A DNA stretch of 64,000 nt from contig NC_086118.1 in NCBI RefSeq assembly GCF_963921235.1, positions 33,728,001 through 33,792,000 on the forward strand, written 5' to 3'. Of this stretch, positions 25,927-38,770 are shown piece after piece (position 1 is the first letter of the stretch; every line of letters starts with the position of its first letter). Made by a program: the position numbers and the translations under genes. The notes under the pieces are model-generated. The model searched no databases. It was not told where the DNA came from and was given only the letters and a program-made list of their open reading frames with translations. This DNA comes from Mobula hypostoma (Eukaryota).

Positions 25927-26338
25927 CATAGAATTCTCCAACTTCCGGTAACATAGTATTCTCCAACTTCTGGTAATTCCCTCCCCCTCCCTTCCCCTAT
26001 CCCTATGTCACTCTGCCCCCTCCCCCAGCTGCCTACCTCCTCCCTCTTGGTTCCACCTCCTTTTACTACCCATTGTGTTTTCCCCTATTCTTTCTTCACC
26101 TTTCCTGACTATCACCTCCCTGCCTCCCTTCCCCCACCCCTTTATCTTTCCCCTTACTGATTTTTCACCTGGAACCTACCAGCCTTCTCCTTCCCACCCT
26201 CCCCCTCCACCTTCTTTGCAGGGCCTCTGCCCCTTCCCCCTACAGTCCTGACGAAGGGTTCCGGCCCGAAACGTCGACAGATCTTTTCCACGGATGCTGC
26301 CCAACCTGCTGAGCTCCTCCAGCGTGTTGTGAGTATTG
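25927..26338 (+). mobile_element. Penelope-like 3' end nested in CR1, with hammerhead at 26243-26280
   Basis: NIEFSNFR* C-terminus, pyrimidine-rich UTR, gtc-CUGACGA...GAAA-CGUC-gac; flanking repeat TTCCAACCA. Confidence 0.8.
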
Positions 26339-27022
26339 TTCCAACCATTACTGCTCTGCCGTTATCCCTGCTAGTATCCCCATCCAATCAGTTTTGGCCA
26401 GCTCCTCTCTCATGCCTCTGTAATTGCCATTACTCCACGATAATACTGATACAACTGACTTTAGCTTCCCCCTCTCAAAATGCAGGGTGACTTCTATCAC
26501 GTTATTATCACTATCCCGTAAGGGTTCCTTTACCTTAAGCTCTCTAATCAGCTCTGGTTCATTGTACAATACCCAATCTAGAATAGCTGATCCCCTAACG
26601 GATTCAACCACAAGCTGCTCTAAAAAGCCATCTTGTAGCATTCTACAAATCCCTCCCTCCCTTGAGATCCAGCACCAACCTGATTTTCCCAATCTACCTA
26701 CACATTGAAATCCCCCATGATTATCATAGCATTGCCCTCTTGACATGCCTTTTCTAATTCCTGTATATAATGCCCATCATGGTCTTCTTAAACTTGAGAT
26801 TTCTTAACTCTATCCACAAGGATTCTGCATCTTCCAATCATATGTCACATCTTTTTAAGGATTTTTTTTACCAACAGAGCCACTCCATCCCCCTTGCCTA
26901 TCTCCCTGTGCTTTTGATACAATGTTTATTCGTGGATGTTAAGCTCCCAGCTATAATCTTCCCTCAGCCATGATTCAGTGATGTCCACAATGTCATTCCT
27001 GCCAATCTGTAACTGTGCTACA

Positions 27023-27370
27023 TGTCTATCCCAACATGTGAAGACAGACTCCGGTGGATTGAGCGGACGAGACCAATGGAAGGTCCAACGGTCAAGAAGG
27101 CAGTCTGTGCAAGCGTCATGGAACATGTAGAGCACGACAAGACACAGAATATGTCCTAGTCATCCACTGCGCCTAATCCCATCTCCAACCATCTCAACTC
27201 TCGTCTTGCCACTGGATCCAGATGGGAATTGGGAAGAGAGAGTGAGACTGACGCTGTGCAACTCTCCCTCACTTAAATCCAAATCATGCGCTAGTCTCGA
27301 CACTATCATCATCATTTAAGTGACTAATGGTGTCGAGGTCTTCATTGACAATGATAGACGAACATGAAAA
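27023..27370 (+). mobile_element. RTE-related short retroposon nested in CR1
   Basis: 12-bp TSD AACTGTGCTACA (27011-27022 and 27371-27382); RTE-type 3' sequence (family assignment from recall). Confidence 0.65.
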
Positions 27371-28515
27371 AACTGTGCTACAAGTTTATCTACCTTATTC
27401 ATATACTGCATGCATTCAAATATAACACCTTCAGTCTAGTATTCATCACCCTGTTCGATTTTGTCCCCCTTTTACACTGAAACTCAACCTGTTGTGTGCA
27501 ATGTTACCTATCATCAGCCTGTTGTTGCCAGCAGTCTCACTGCCTCTCCTTTAAACCAAGTGCCCCATCCTCAGCCTATCACTCTGGTTCCCATCCCCTT
27601 GTCAAATTAGCCTGCGAGAATATTGGATCCCCTCCGGTTCAGGTGTAACCCGTCCCTTTTGTACAGGTCATACCTTCCCCAGAAGAGATTCCAATGATCC
27701 AGAAATCTGAAACCTTACCCCCTGCACCAGTTCTTCAGCCACGCACTCACCTACCAAACTTTCCTATTCTTACCCTCACTGGTGCGTGGCACAGGCAGCA
27801 ATCCAGAGATTACTACCCTGGCAGTCCTGCTTTTCAGCTTTCTACCTAACTCCCTAAATCTCTCTTCAGGATCTCTTTGCCTTTCCTACCTGTGTCATTG
27901 ATGCCAATATGTACCTAGACTTCTGGCTGCCCGCCCTCCCCCTTAGAATGTCATGGCCCCGATCCAAGACATGCCTGACCCTGACACCTGGAAGGCAACA
28001 TACTTTCATATTGTCTCTTTTGTGTCCACAGAATCTTGTCTCTTTTCCTCTCACTATGGCACCTCCTTTCGCCGCTGCGATCCCTCTTCACCTCTCTTCT
28101 CTTCTGAGACATACTCGGTTCCAGAGACCCAGTCACCACGGCTCCCCACCGGTGGGTCGTGCCCCTCAACAGCATACAAAACAGTATATTTGTTATTGAG
28201 GGGTACTCCAGGCTGGATGTCCATTTCCCTTCCTTCTCCTGACAGTCACCCAGTTACCTGCCGCCAGCAGCCTGGGAGTGACTCCCTCCCTGTAGCTCCA
28301 ACCTATGACTTCCTCAGTCTCCCATATGAGCCGACAGTCATCGAGCTGCAGCTTCAGTTCCTTAATATGTCACAGCAGAGCTATAAATCTATCCAACAAT
28401 ACAGGAGAACCATAAATCCATCCAACAGCATTAAACTGCAAAGTTCTATTTTAATTTTCTAGATTGGCACACTGAAAGCAAAATATTTATGTTTTATGCA
28501 CCTGAGTATAAAGTG

Positions 28516-28821
28516 TTGGCACGTAGCCAAGTGGTTAAGGCGTTCATCTACTGATCTGAAGGTCGCTAGTTCGAGCCTAGGCTGAGGTAACGTGTTGTGT
28601 CCTTGAGCAAGGCACTTAACCACACATTGCTCTGCGACAACACTGGTGCCAAGCTGTATGGGTCCTATTGCCCTTCCCTTGGACAACATCGGTGGCATGG
28701 AGAGGGGAGACTTGCAGCATGGGCAACTGCTGGTCTTCCATACAACCTTGCCAAGGCCTGCACCCTGGAAGCCTCCCAAAGGCGCAAATCTATGGTCTCA
28801 TGAGACTAACAGATGCCTATA
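28516..28821 (+). mobile_element. tRNA-derived SINE
   Basis: A box TAGCCAAGTGG, B box GTTCGAGCC, central TGTGTCCTTGAGCAAGGCACTT domain. Confidence 0.8.
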
Positions 28822-29101
28822 AGAAAATAAAGCTTTGTTGTGGGAAATTAATTTTCATCTGAATAAATTAATTCCTTCTCTACATACTGGAATATTGATT
28901 TACTTCTGCAACTTCTGAAGTTATGTTAAATGAACCAATTCTAACTTTTCATTTCTATTTGTTGTTTTTGTTTTACACAAGGGCAAATCATGCTTGTTGT
29001 ACCCAGTAAGATACTGTACATCTCAATAAGACTCAGCTCTGGAATAATTCGTCAGGAAAAAGGTGTTAACAAGATGAACAATTTATAACATTTATAAAAT
29101 A

Positions 29102-29605
29102 CACTCAGTAGCCACTTTATTAGCTATAGCTGTACACCTGCTTGTTAATGAAAATATCTAATCAGCTAATCATGTGGCAGCAACTCAATTCATAAAAGCA
29201 TACAGACATGGTCAAGAGGTTCAGTTGTTGTTCAGGCCAAACATCATAATGGGGAAAAAATATGACCTAAGTGACTTGGTCTGTGGAGTGATCGTTGGTG
29301 CCAGATGGGGTGATTTAATATCTTACAAACTGTTCATCTCCTGTGATTTTCATTCATAACTGATTTACAGAAAATGGCGCGAAAAACGAAAAAAAAATCC
29401 AGTGAGCAACAGTTCTATGATTGAAAATGCCTTGTTAATGAGAGAGGTCAGAGGAGAATGGGCAGACTGGTTCAAGCTGACAGGAAGGTGACAATAACTC
29501 AAATAACAACACGGTACAGCAAACAAGTGCAAAGGAGTGCCTCTGAATGCACAACTCGTCGAACCTCGAAGTAGATGGGCTACCTAATAAAGTAGCCATC
29601 GAGTG
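29102..29605 (+). mobile_element. Non-autonomous Tc1/mariner DNA transposon
   Basis: TIRs CACTCAGTAGCCACTTTATTAG / CTAATAAAGTAGCCATCGAGTG; TA flanks; transposase N-terminal remnant MGKKYDLSD..GVIVGAR. Confidence 0.85.
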
Positions 29606-29823
29606 TATGATGCACATTCAATAAATTGTACTTTTTCTGTCATAATGAAGATATGAAACACCAATCACCAGAAACGAACAGAAGTCGACATCTGTGGAGA
29701 ATCTACTTCGAATAAGGATATGTTCTGCAGGATTTACAATTGGCTTCATTCTATCATCTGTATTCAATGTGGTCAAAATGGTGAATTTTAGTCATTTTAC
29801 AGTTATACTATAAAATTCTACAT

Positions 29824-32800
29824 CATCATCAGGTGCCATGCCCAGTTTGAGCTTTGACTGCCATGGCCCACACACGCCTGTTTCCGGTCAAGTGGATCAA
29901 TTCATTGGTATTCATTTCCAGTTCTCTGCTTGCTGTCTCCATCATCATTTCTCTTTGTTTTTCTCTTGCTTTCTTCCCTTCAATCTTTCCCATAATTACC
30001 ATGCATTCTAACTCCTCTTTCCTAATCACATATCCAATGAAGTCACGTTGCCTTTTCATGATCTCATACATTATTTATCTTTTTGTGTTTGCTCTGTTCA
30101 TGACATCGTTGTTAGATATTCGTTTCATCCATGATATTCTTTGCATCCTCCTCAAAAACTATATCTCTGCTGCTACAATTCATTTCCTTATGTTACCAGA
30201 TATTGTCCAACATTCTGAGCCATATAACATAACTGGATAAACGTAACATTTCAGTACTCTGAGGCGGGTTGTCATGCCTAGTTTAGTATTTGTCAGTATA
30301 CTCTTCATTCTCATAAAGGTGTCTTTTGCCATCCCTATTCTTCTTTTGATGTCCAAGTCGCACCTGCCATCTGATGTCACCCAGCTTCCTAAATAGCAAA
30401 AGTTCTGTACTTGTTTTATGTCTTCCCCATTTATTCTCAGCCTGCAGATAGGATTCACCTTCTTTTTGGATATCACCATACATTCTGTCTTTTTGCAATT
30501 GATAGTTACACCCATTTTCGCACTTTCTTCAACAATTATATCAATTAAGTTTTGTAGTTCTTCCTTCGTACTTGCAATTAACAGAGTGTCATCTGCATAT
30601 CTGAAATTATTGATGCTTTCACTGCCAACTTTGATTCCCAAGGTGTCTCTTATTTTTTGTAATATTGTTTCACTGTACACATTAAATAAATCAGGGGAGA
30701 AAACACACCCTTGTCTAACTCCTCACTTGATTTTCATAAACTGACTCACTTCTCTATCTATTCTTACAGTAGCAGTTTGTTCCCAGTACAGATTTCTGAT
30801 TAGGCCGAGGTCTTTCGAATCTAGATCTAGGGTTTCCTGTAACATTTCAAATAATTTATTGTGCTTCACTTTATCAAATGCTTTTGTGTAGTCGATAAAA
30901 CAAACAAACAAATCTTTTTGCACTTGAATAGCTTGTTCTGATAGTATCCTTAACATCAATATTGGGTTTCTTGTACCTTTGTCTTTCACAAAACCACATT
31001 GTTCTTTGCCTATTTCAGCTTGTATCTTACTTTTAGCTCTTGTCATCAAAATTCTTAGAAGTATCTTGGTGATATGACTCATTAAACTTATGGTCCTATG
31101 TAACTCACATTCTATTGCTCCACCTTTCTTAGGAAGAGTGATAAATACTGATTTTTTAATCTCTTCTGGTATTATTCCAGTCTCATAAATGTCATTGATT
31201 ACATCACTAGGTTTAGATTAGATTATGAGGACACTCAGTCCTTGTTTATTGTCATTTAGAAATGCATGCATTAAAAAATGATACAATGTTCCTCCAGAAT
31301 GATATCATAAGAAATCATTCTAATCTAATCTAATTTTTTCAATTCCATAAACTTCAAGGGCAATGATTTGTTCTATTACTAATTCATCAGGACCTGCTAC
31401 CTTTCCTTTCTTCATCTTATTTATTGCATTACGAACATCAGATTTTAAAATACTTGGACCTTCAATGATTTTCTTAAATTTCTAGTATTTTGCCTCAATC
31501 ATCTTCAAACAATTCCTGAATATACTCAGTCCATCTGCTCATAATCTCATTTTTTTCCATGATAATGGCACCGTCCTTTGCTTTCAAACATGCACTTGAA
31601 GAACAGAGGAGATTTTTACCAGTGATATTCTTGATTTGTTCATGTAACTTTTTTGGATCAGTAATAGGGATTCTTTCTATTTGCTCACATTCCTAGTTTA
31701 ACTGTTCTTCTTTGGCTTTTTGACATATACTTTTAACTTTTTTATCTAAGGACTTATATTCTATAGGATTTGCTTTCTTCCCTCTCCTTTCTTCCATTAG
31801 ATTTTTGATTTCATCTGTCATCCATTTATTCTTTGTGCTTTTTTTCTTTCTTAGGAATCACTGACTTTGCTGATTCTACCAAGGCATCCTTCAGAGAGTT
31901 AAATTTCATTTCTACATGATTGTATTCATCTTCAACAGATTCTATTTCTAGACTTTGAAATCTATTTCCTTACTTCAATTGTAAATTTTTGTCTTAAGTT
32001 TTCTTCTTTAATTAATTGCAAGTAGGCAAGGGATTGTTCAGGTTTTTGCTTCTTCAGTTTTTTAAGTTTTACTTTTACATGACATACTACTGGGTTATGG
32101 TCACTATTACAGTCTGCACCTGGATGTGTTTTGCATTGAGTCACTGAGTTTCTAAATCTTTGGTTTATAGTAATAAAGTCAATTTGATTTCTAGTGTTAT
32201 CACCTGGACTTTTCCAGGTCCACAAGTGTCTTGGATGGTTTTTAAAGCAGGTATTCATAATGACCTGATTATTCATCTTTCACTATTCTACCCATTTCTC
32301 ACCTCTTTCATTTCTTTCTCCTAGTCCAAATTTTCCTATGGTATTTCCATCAGCACCTTGTCCTACTTTAACATTTAGATCTCCCATGACAATAACAATA
32401 TCTTGAGATTTGCTTGTTCAAGCTCTTCATAGAATATATCTAAATCTTCATTTGTTCCAGGTGCATATACCTGTATAATTGCTAAATCAAATGGTTGTCC
32501 TCTGAATCTTACAAGGAGCATTCTTTCTGATATTGCCCAATGTCCTAAAACACTTTTTGCCATGTTTTCATCCATAAGAATTCCTATTCCATTAGTATGG
32601 GATGTTCCACAAGAATAAACTAGTGTTTTATTTCTAATCTGACATGTTCCAGCAACTATCCAATGAACTTTGCTAATTCCCATGATGTTCATCTTCAGTC
32701 TTTCCATTTTATTTATCACATTGTCCAATCTTCCTGCTTGATATACTTCCTGCTTACATTCCAAGTGGCAATAATTTTCTTTCGTGTTACTTTAATTTTA

Positions 32801-33110
32801 TGAGCAGTAGCTTGATGATGGTCCGGGATCCCCTGCTGGCCAGAATCAACCCTATTGAGTGAAACATCTTCAGAGTTGTCTTTTTGCACTTGAATAGCTC
32901 ATTCTGATAGTATCCTTAACATCAATATTGCGTTTCTTGTACCTTTGTCTTTCACAAAACCACATTGTTCTTTGCGTATTTCAGCTTGTTTATTACTTTT
33001 AACTCTTGTTATCAAAATTCTTAGAAGTATCTTGGTAATATGACTCATTATGGTCCTATGTAATTCACATTCTATTGCTCCATCTTTTTTAGGAAGAGTG
33101 ATAAATACTG
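29824..33110 (-). mobile_element. Near full-length RTE-clade LINE (APE + RT) with a chimeric 5' end
   Basis: IIQVYAP, WTWKSPGD..NQIDFI, SDHNPV, FIDYTKAFD and RYADD motifs; (GAT)n tail; TSD ATTCTACAT (29815-29823 and 33111-33119). Confidence 0.9.
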
Positions 33111-33462
33111 ATTCTACATACTATCCTGAAACAATCTAAATCTTTGTTTGGCTGTTCAATGTAGGAACCCAATTCAGTTGAACATTTCCGTGATGAAATG
33201 ATTTTGTCATGAGCTGACAAGCAAATCTATCAATTGGAACTTTGGATCATTTCATAATGTAGTGGATTAGTTTCAAGATATGAAAATCTCCTCCTGCAAT
33301 TAAGAGGACAAAAGATCTTCTTTCTCTGATATTAATTTGAGATAAACTTTAATTGCTAACGGTGAACTGGCTGCCTTTCCAATTAAAATCTTATCCACCA
33401 CTACAGCTATTTCTTGGGATCCCAACCAATCATGGTCCCACAGAAGGAGGCAAAGATATTTG

Positions 33463-33635
33463 AACAACAGGAATTCTGCAGATGCTGGAAATTCAAGCAA
33501 CACACATCAAAGTTGCTGGTGAACGCAGCAGGCCAGGCAGCATCTATAGGAAGAGGCGCAGTCGACGTTTCAGGCCGAGACCCTTCGTCAGGACTAACTG
33601 AAGGAAGAGTGAGTAAGGGATTTGAAAGCTGGAGG
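33463..33635 (-). mobile_element. Penelope-like terminal repeat with intact hammerhead (33560-33595)
   Basis: Minus strand reads agtc-CUGACGA-AGG(gucucgg)CCU-GAAA-CGUC-gacu; matches the 7707 copy. Confidence 0.8.
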
Positions 33636-33679
33636 CTGTTTGGAAGAGTAGATGGAAATCCATAATCCACAGGGTTACC

Positions 33680-34325
33680 AATCAGAGTCAGAATCAGAAT
33701 CAGGTTTATTATCACTGACATAGTGTATGTCATCAAATTTGTTGTTTTGCAGCAGCAGAACAATACAACACATAAAAATTACTATATATTACAATAAGAA
33801 ATACTTCTAAAATAATAAAGTAGTGCAAAAAGAGAGCGAAATAGTCAGGTACTGTTCATTGGTTCGTGGGCCGTTCAGAAATCTGATGGTGGAAGAGAAA
33901 AAGCTACTCCTAAAATGTTGAGTGGGTGTCCTCAGACTCCTGTACCTCCTGTCTGACAGTAGCAATGAGAAGGGGGCATGTCCTGGAAGGGGGTGGGGGT
34001 CATTAATGATGGATGCTGCCCTTTTGAGGCATCACCTTTTGAATATTTTCTCAATGTGGTGGGGAGACGTGCGCCCTTGATGGAGCTGGCTGAGTTTACA
34101 ACTCTCTGCAGCTTTTGCCAACCTTGTGCTTTGGCACCTCCCTACTAGACGGTGATGCGACCAGCTAGAATGGTACATCTGTAGCAATTTGCTAGAGTCT
34201 TCAGTGTCGCAGTAAATCTCCTCGAACTATGAATGAAATGTAGCCACAGGTGTGCCTTCTTCATAATCGCATCAATACGCTGGCCCCAGGATGGAACTTC
34301 AGAAATGTTGATACCCAGGAACGAA
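33680..34325 (-). mobile_element. Rex-Babar LINE 3' fragment
   Basis: (TCTGAT)n tail and degraded RT C-terminus. Confidence 0.65.
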
Positions 34326-34486
34326 GATTCAGGATAGCAAAAGTCAGGGCTGTGAATTGCCTAAGCAATTCCATTTTTGGCCACATAGGGCTCAATTGCC
34401 TCCTCCTGTGCTTTTTTTGCTTCTAAGACATAATTAATGGTGGTATAGTGACACAGCAGGTAGCATCAGAGCTTCATGGATCCATC

Positions 34487-34721
34487 TGTTGGGTATTTCA
34501 CTAATATTTGAGTAATCTTGAATAAATATATATAGCATTATTGTTTGTTTAAATAATTTATTATGAGCTATGTGCAAGATACAAGAATAACATACGTCAT
34601 CACACTACCATGTGATATGCACATGCCTCGCTTACAGTAAAGCCAAAGCCAGACCCACATACCCTGACTCTTCTGTCTTCCTTGGAATTAGTTTAACGTT
34701 TAGAAGTTACAAGACACAACA
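34487..34721. mobile_element. Solo LTR nested in a SINE remnant (about 34430-34920)
   Basis: TGTTG...CAACA termini; 5-bp flanks CCATC / CCAGC. Confidence 0.6.
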
Positions 34722-35164
34722 CCAGCATCTCAGATTGAATCTAAGTCTCCTGAATTCCCTGCATGGACCTTATACATCCTCCCTGTAACCAGGCGGGCAT
34801 CCTCTGTGTGCAGGAGTTTTCCTCCTACATCCAAAAGTTGTGGTGGTTGCCATTTGCTGTGTATTACTCCTGGGGTGTTGAGTTAAGCCGATGGGCATGT
34901 GGGAGGAAATGGCTAACAAGGAAGCTTTGGAGCTGGTGACTGTCTCCCAGCCCCAAAATTTGCTACCCTCTTGCTCACTTAGTTTACATGCCCATGACCC
35001 GTTGCAGAGACTTTTATCACAGACTTTTAAATGAGCAGCAAACATGGACACTGCACTCAGGATGTGACTTCCTCATCTGAGATCATTGGCACAAGAGATT
35101 ATTAAGGCACAGCTTTAAATTTAACACTGATCGATCTGCAGTTTCTTTGGCGGGAGATAAGTAC

Positions 35165-38100
35165 TGACCTTTGATCATCTGTTACTCCAGGCAGACGTGG
35201 AGTGTGCTCTGAACATACTGTATGCCAACATCAGTGAACTTGAGACCAGGTATCCGGAGGCTTTGCTCATTACAGCTGGGGACTTTAACCAGGCCAACCT
35301 CAGAAAGGTGCTGCCAAAGTTATACCAACATGTCTCCTGCCACCCTAGAGGCCCGAATATACTTGACCACTGCTATACAGCAGTCAAGGATGCCTACCAT
35401 TCCGTCCCACGACCTCACTTCAGAAAATTGGACCATCAGGCCGTACTCCTCCTCCTGGCTTACAAACAGAAACTGAAGCGGGAGGTCACGGTGTCAAAAG
35501 TAGCGTCGCCTTGGACGGAGGAAACGATGAGGTCCTCCATGACTGCTTTGAATCAGTGGACAAGTATTCAAGGACTCGGCAGCTAACCTCGATGAGTATG
35601 CCTCAGCTGTGACGGACTTTATTTGGAAATGCATGGAGGACTGTGGGTCTCACAAGACAATCCGGGTATTCCCTAACCAGAAACTTTGGATGAATTATGA
35701 GATCAAGGGCATGACTTAAGGATTGAAGGGCGCCCATTCAGAACAGAAATGCGAAGAAATTTTTTTAGTCAGAGGGTGGTGAATCTATGGAATTTGTTGC
35801 CACGGGCAGCAGTGGAGGCCAAGTCATTGGGTGTATTTAAGGTAGAGATTGATAGGTATCTGAGTAGCCAGGGCATCAAAGGTTATGGTGAGAAGGCGGG
35901 GGAGTGGGGCTAAATAGGAGAATGGATCAGCTCATGATAAAATGGCAGAGCAGACTCGATGGGCCGAATGGTCTACTTCTGCTCCTTTGTTTTATGGTCT
36001 TATGGTCTTAAGTCCCTTTTGAAGGCTAGAGCTGCAGCTTTTAGGTCTGGGAATACCAGTCGCTACACGGAATCCAAGGCATGAACTCCGGAAAGCCATT
36101 AAGGGTGCCAAGAGGCAATATCGAGCCAAGTTGGAAACCCAGGCTAAGCAGAGGGATGCCAGTAGACTATGGCAGGGTCTAAATGAGATCACTGGGCGCA
36201 AAGAAAAGGCTAGGAATGTCAATAACTGTGGTGCTTCTCTTCCTGACGAACTTAATGTATTCTACGCAAGATTGGAACAGAAGAGGAGCGTCCCACTCCC
36301 TCCGGATGAACCGGACCTGGTGGCGCCGAGATTCATCGTCACCAAGGAGGACGAAAGGCCTTCCTGAAGATAAATCCAACAAAGGCGACAGGCCCAGAAG
36401 GCGTCCCAGGACAGGTTCTCCGGGCCTGTGCAAGCGAGCTAGCTGGAGTGTTTGCTGACATCTTCAACTGCTCCTTGCTTCAGTCTAAGATCCCTCGTGT
36501 TTTAAGAAGGCAACGATAATCCCAGTGCCGAAGAAGAGCAAGGTGGCATGCCTGAATGACTATCGATCTGTGGCTCTGACATCAATTGCTATGAAGTGCT
36601 CCGAGAGATTGGTTATGGCACACATCAACCACAGCCTACCGGACAACCTCGATGCTTTGCCATTGGCCTACTGGAGCAACAGGTCAATGGCAGATGCCAT
36701 CTCTCCGGCCCTACATTCCTCCTTGGAACACCTGGAGAATAAAGACGCATACGTAAGGTTCCTTTTCATTGACTATAGCTCCACCTTTAATACCATCATT
36801 CCAAATAAACAGATCCTTAAGCTCTGGAACCTGGGCCTTAGCACTTAGATCTGCAGCTGGATCTTCAACCTCCTCACAGACAGGACCCAGGCTGTAAATG
36901 TAGGGGACAAGCTCTCCTCTACAATCACTCTGAGCACCGGTGCCCCACAGGGCTGTGTACTCAGCCCCCTGCTGTACTCACTGTACACCCATGATTGTGT
37001 AGCCAAGTTTCCATCAAACTCAATATATAAGTTCGCTGATGACACAACAATTGTAGGCCGTCTCTCGGGTAATGATGAGTTTGAGTACAGAGAGGAAATT
37101 AAGAACCTGGTGGCATGGTGCGAAGACAATAACCTATCCCTCAACGTCAGCAAGACAAAGGAATTGGTTGTTGACTTCAGAAGGAGTAGCGGACCGTACG
37201 ACCCAATTTACATCTGTGGTGCACAAGTGGAACAGGTCAAAAGCTTTAAGTTCCTCCGGGTCATTATCACAAATGACCTGACTTGGTCCAACCAAGCAGA
37301 ATCCACTGCCAAGAAGGCCCCCAGCGCCTTTACTTCCTGAGAAAACTGAAGAAATTTGGCCTGTCCCCATATTACTATTTATTGTAATCATAAATTATAT
37401 TCGAGCCCCCCATGAGGATGATTTGGATGTTTTTGTCAACACCATCAGACAGAAAACCTGACGGTGGTGACAAAAACACACTCTTTTACATGACATGCAT
37501 GAGTTGTATACAGGGGCCATCTTGTTTTCCCTCTGTTGCTAGCTGCCTCTAGCCTCTACTTAAAATGCATAAATTTATGTCATAATTTAAAATAATTCTT
37601 CCTATACAAAAGAGAAAGTGTTGAGACATCATGGTTGTGACAGTAGCAATATCAATAAATATGTAAATATTATTGAAAAAATAGCAAACTTACAGGAGCT
37701 TGTTTGACCTTGTTGCATTTAGCAGATGTGAAGGGTGAAAAGGGGGTCCTCAGGAATATAGTTGACCATGTGGTTGCCTGATTTTATTGTTTTTTAAATA
37801 AATATCTTGATGGTGTTGACAAAAACTTAGGACACATTGGAACTTGTGCAAGTGGAACAAGTCAAAAGCTTTAAGTTCCTCAGGGTCAATATCACAAATG
37901 ACCTGATTTGGTCCATCCAAGCAGAGCTCACTGCCAAGAAGGCCCACCAGTGCCTTAACTTCCTGAGAAAACTGAAGAAGTTTGGCCTGTCCCCTAAAAC
38001 CCTCACTAATTTTTATAGATGCACCGTAGAAAGCATTCTTCTAGGGTGCATCACAACCTGGTATGGAAGTTGTCCTGTCCAAGACCAGAAGAAGCTGCAG

Positions 38101-38565
38101 AAGATCGTGAGCACGGCGCAGCACATCACACAAACCAATCTTCCGTCCTTGGACTCACTTTACACCGCACGCTATCAGAGCAGTGCTGCCAGGATAATCA
38201 AGGACACAACCCAACCAGCCAACACACTTTCCGTCCCTCTTCCCTCCAGGAGAAGTTTCAGGAGCTTGAAGACTTGTACGGCAAGATTTGGGAACAGTTT
38301 CTTTCCAACTGTGATAAGACTGCTGAACGGATCCTGACCCGAATCTGGGCCGTACCCTCCAAATATCCGGACCTGCCTCTCGGTTTTTTTTGCACTACCT
38401 TACTTTCCATTTTTCTATTTTCTATTTATGATTTATAAATTAAATTTTTAATATTTACTATCGATTTTTTTCAGGGAGCAGGAAGCGCAGAATCAAATGT
38501 CGCTGTGATGATTGTGCATTCTAGTATCAATTGTTTGACGACAATAAAGAATGAAGTATAAAGTA
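35165..38565 (+). mobile_element. Rex-Babar LINE (APE + RT), interrupted by a CR1 3' end (about 35703-36008) and a 480-bp insert (37369-37847)
   Basis: [36 protein letters not shown] and KFADD motifs. Confidence 0.88.
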
Positions 38566-38616
38566 TCTGTCAAAATGAACTTGGAGCTCTTAATGCATCT
38601 TTGTCTTTCATTTTTG

Positions 38617-38770
38617 AACATAGAGCATAGAATAGCACAGTACAGGCCCTGCAGCCTATAATGTTGTGCTGACCTTAATAACCTACTCCATGATTAATCT
38701 AATCCCTCCCTCCTACACAGCCCATAACCCTCCGTTTCTCTTCCAGCAATGTGTCAATGTAAGAGAAGCA
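38617..38770 (-). mobile_element. CR1 3' terminal fragment
   Basis: Same 3' UTR and tail as the 11398 element. Confidence 0.6.

Larger units (their letters stand above)
23858..28370 (-). mobile_element. Long degraded CR1 LINE including an ORF1 (SGNH esterase-like) remnant and ORF2
   Basis: VCCLPGVRV ORF1 remnant, ITESWL, DFQKAFD and RFADNTK motifs; hosts nested insertions. Confidence 0.85.

Noticed and set aside
28516-28590. tRNA gene
   Set aside because: The A/B boxes run into a SINE body with no proper acceptor stem or terminator.
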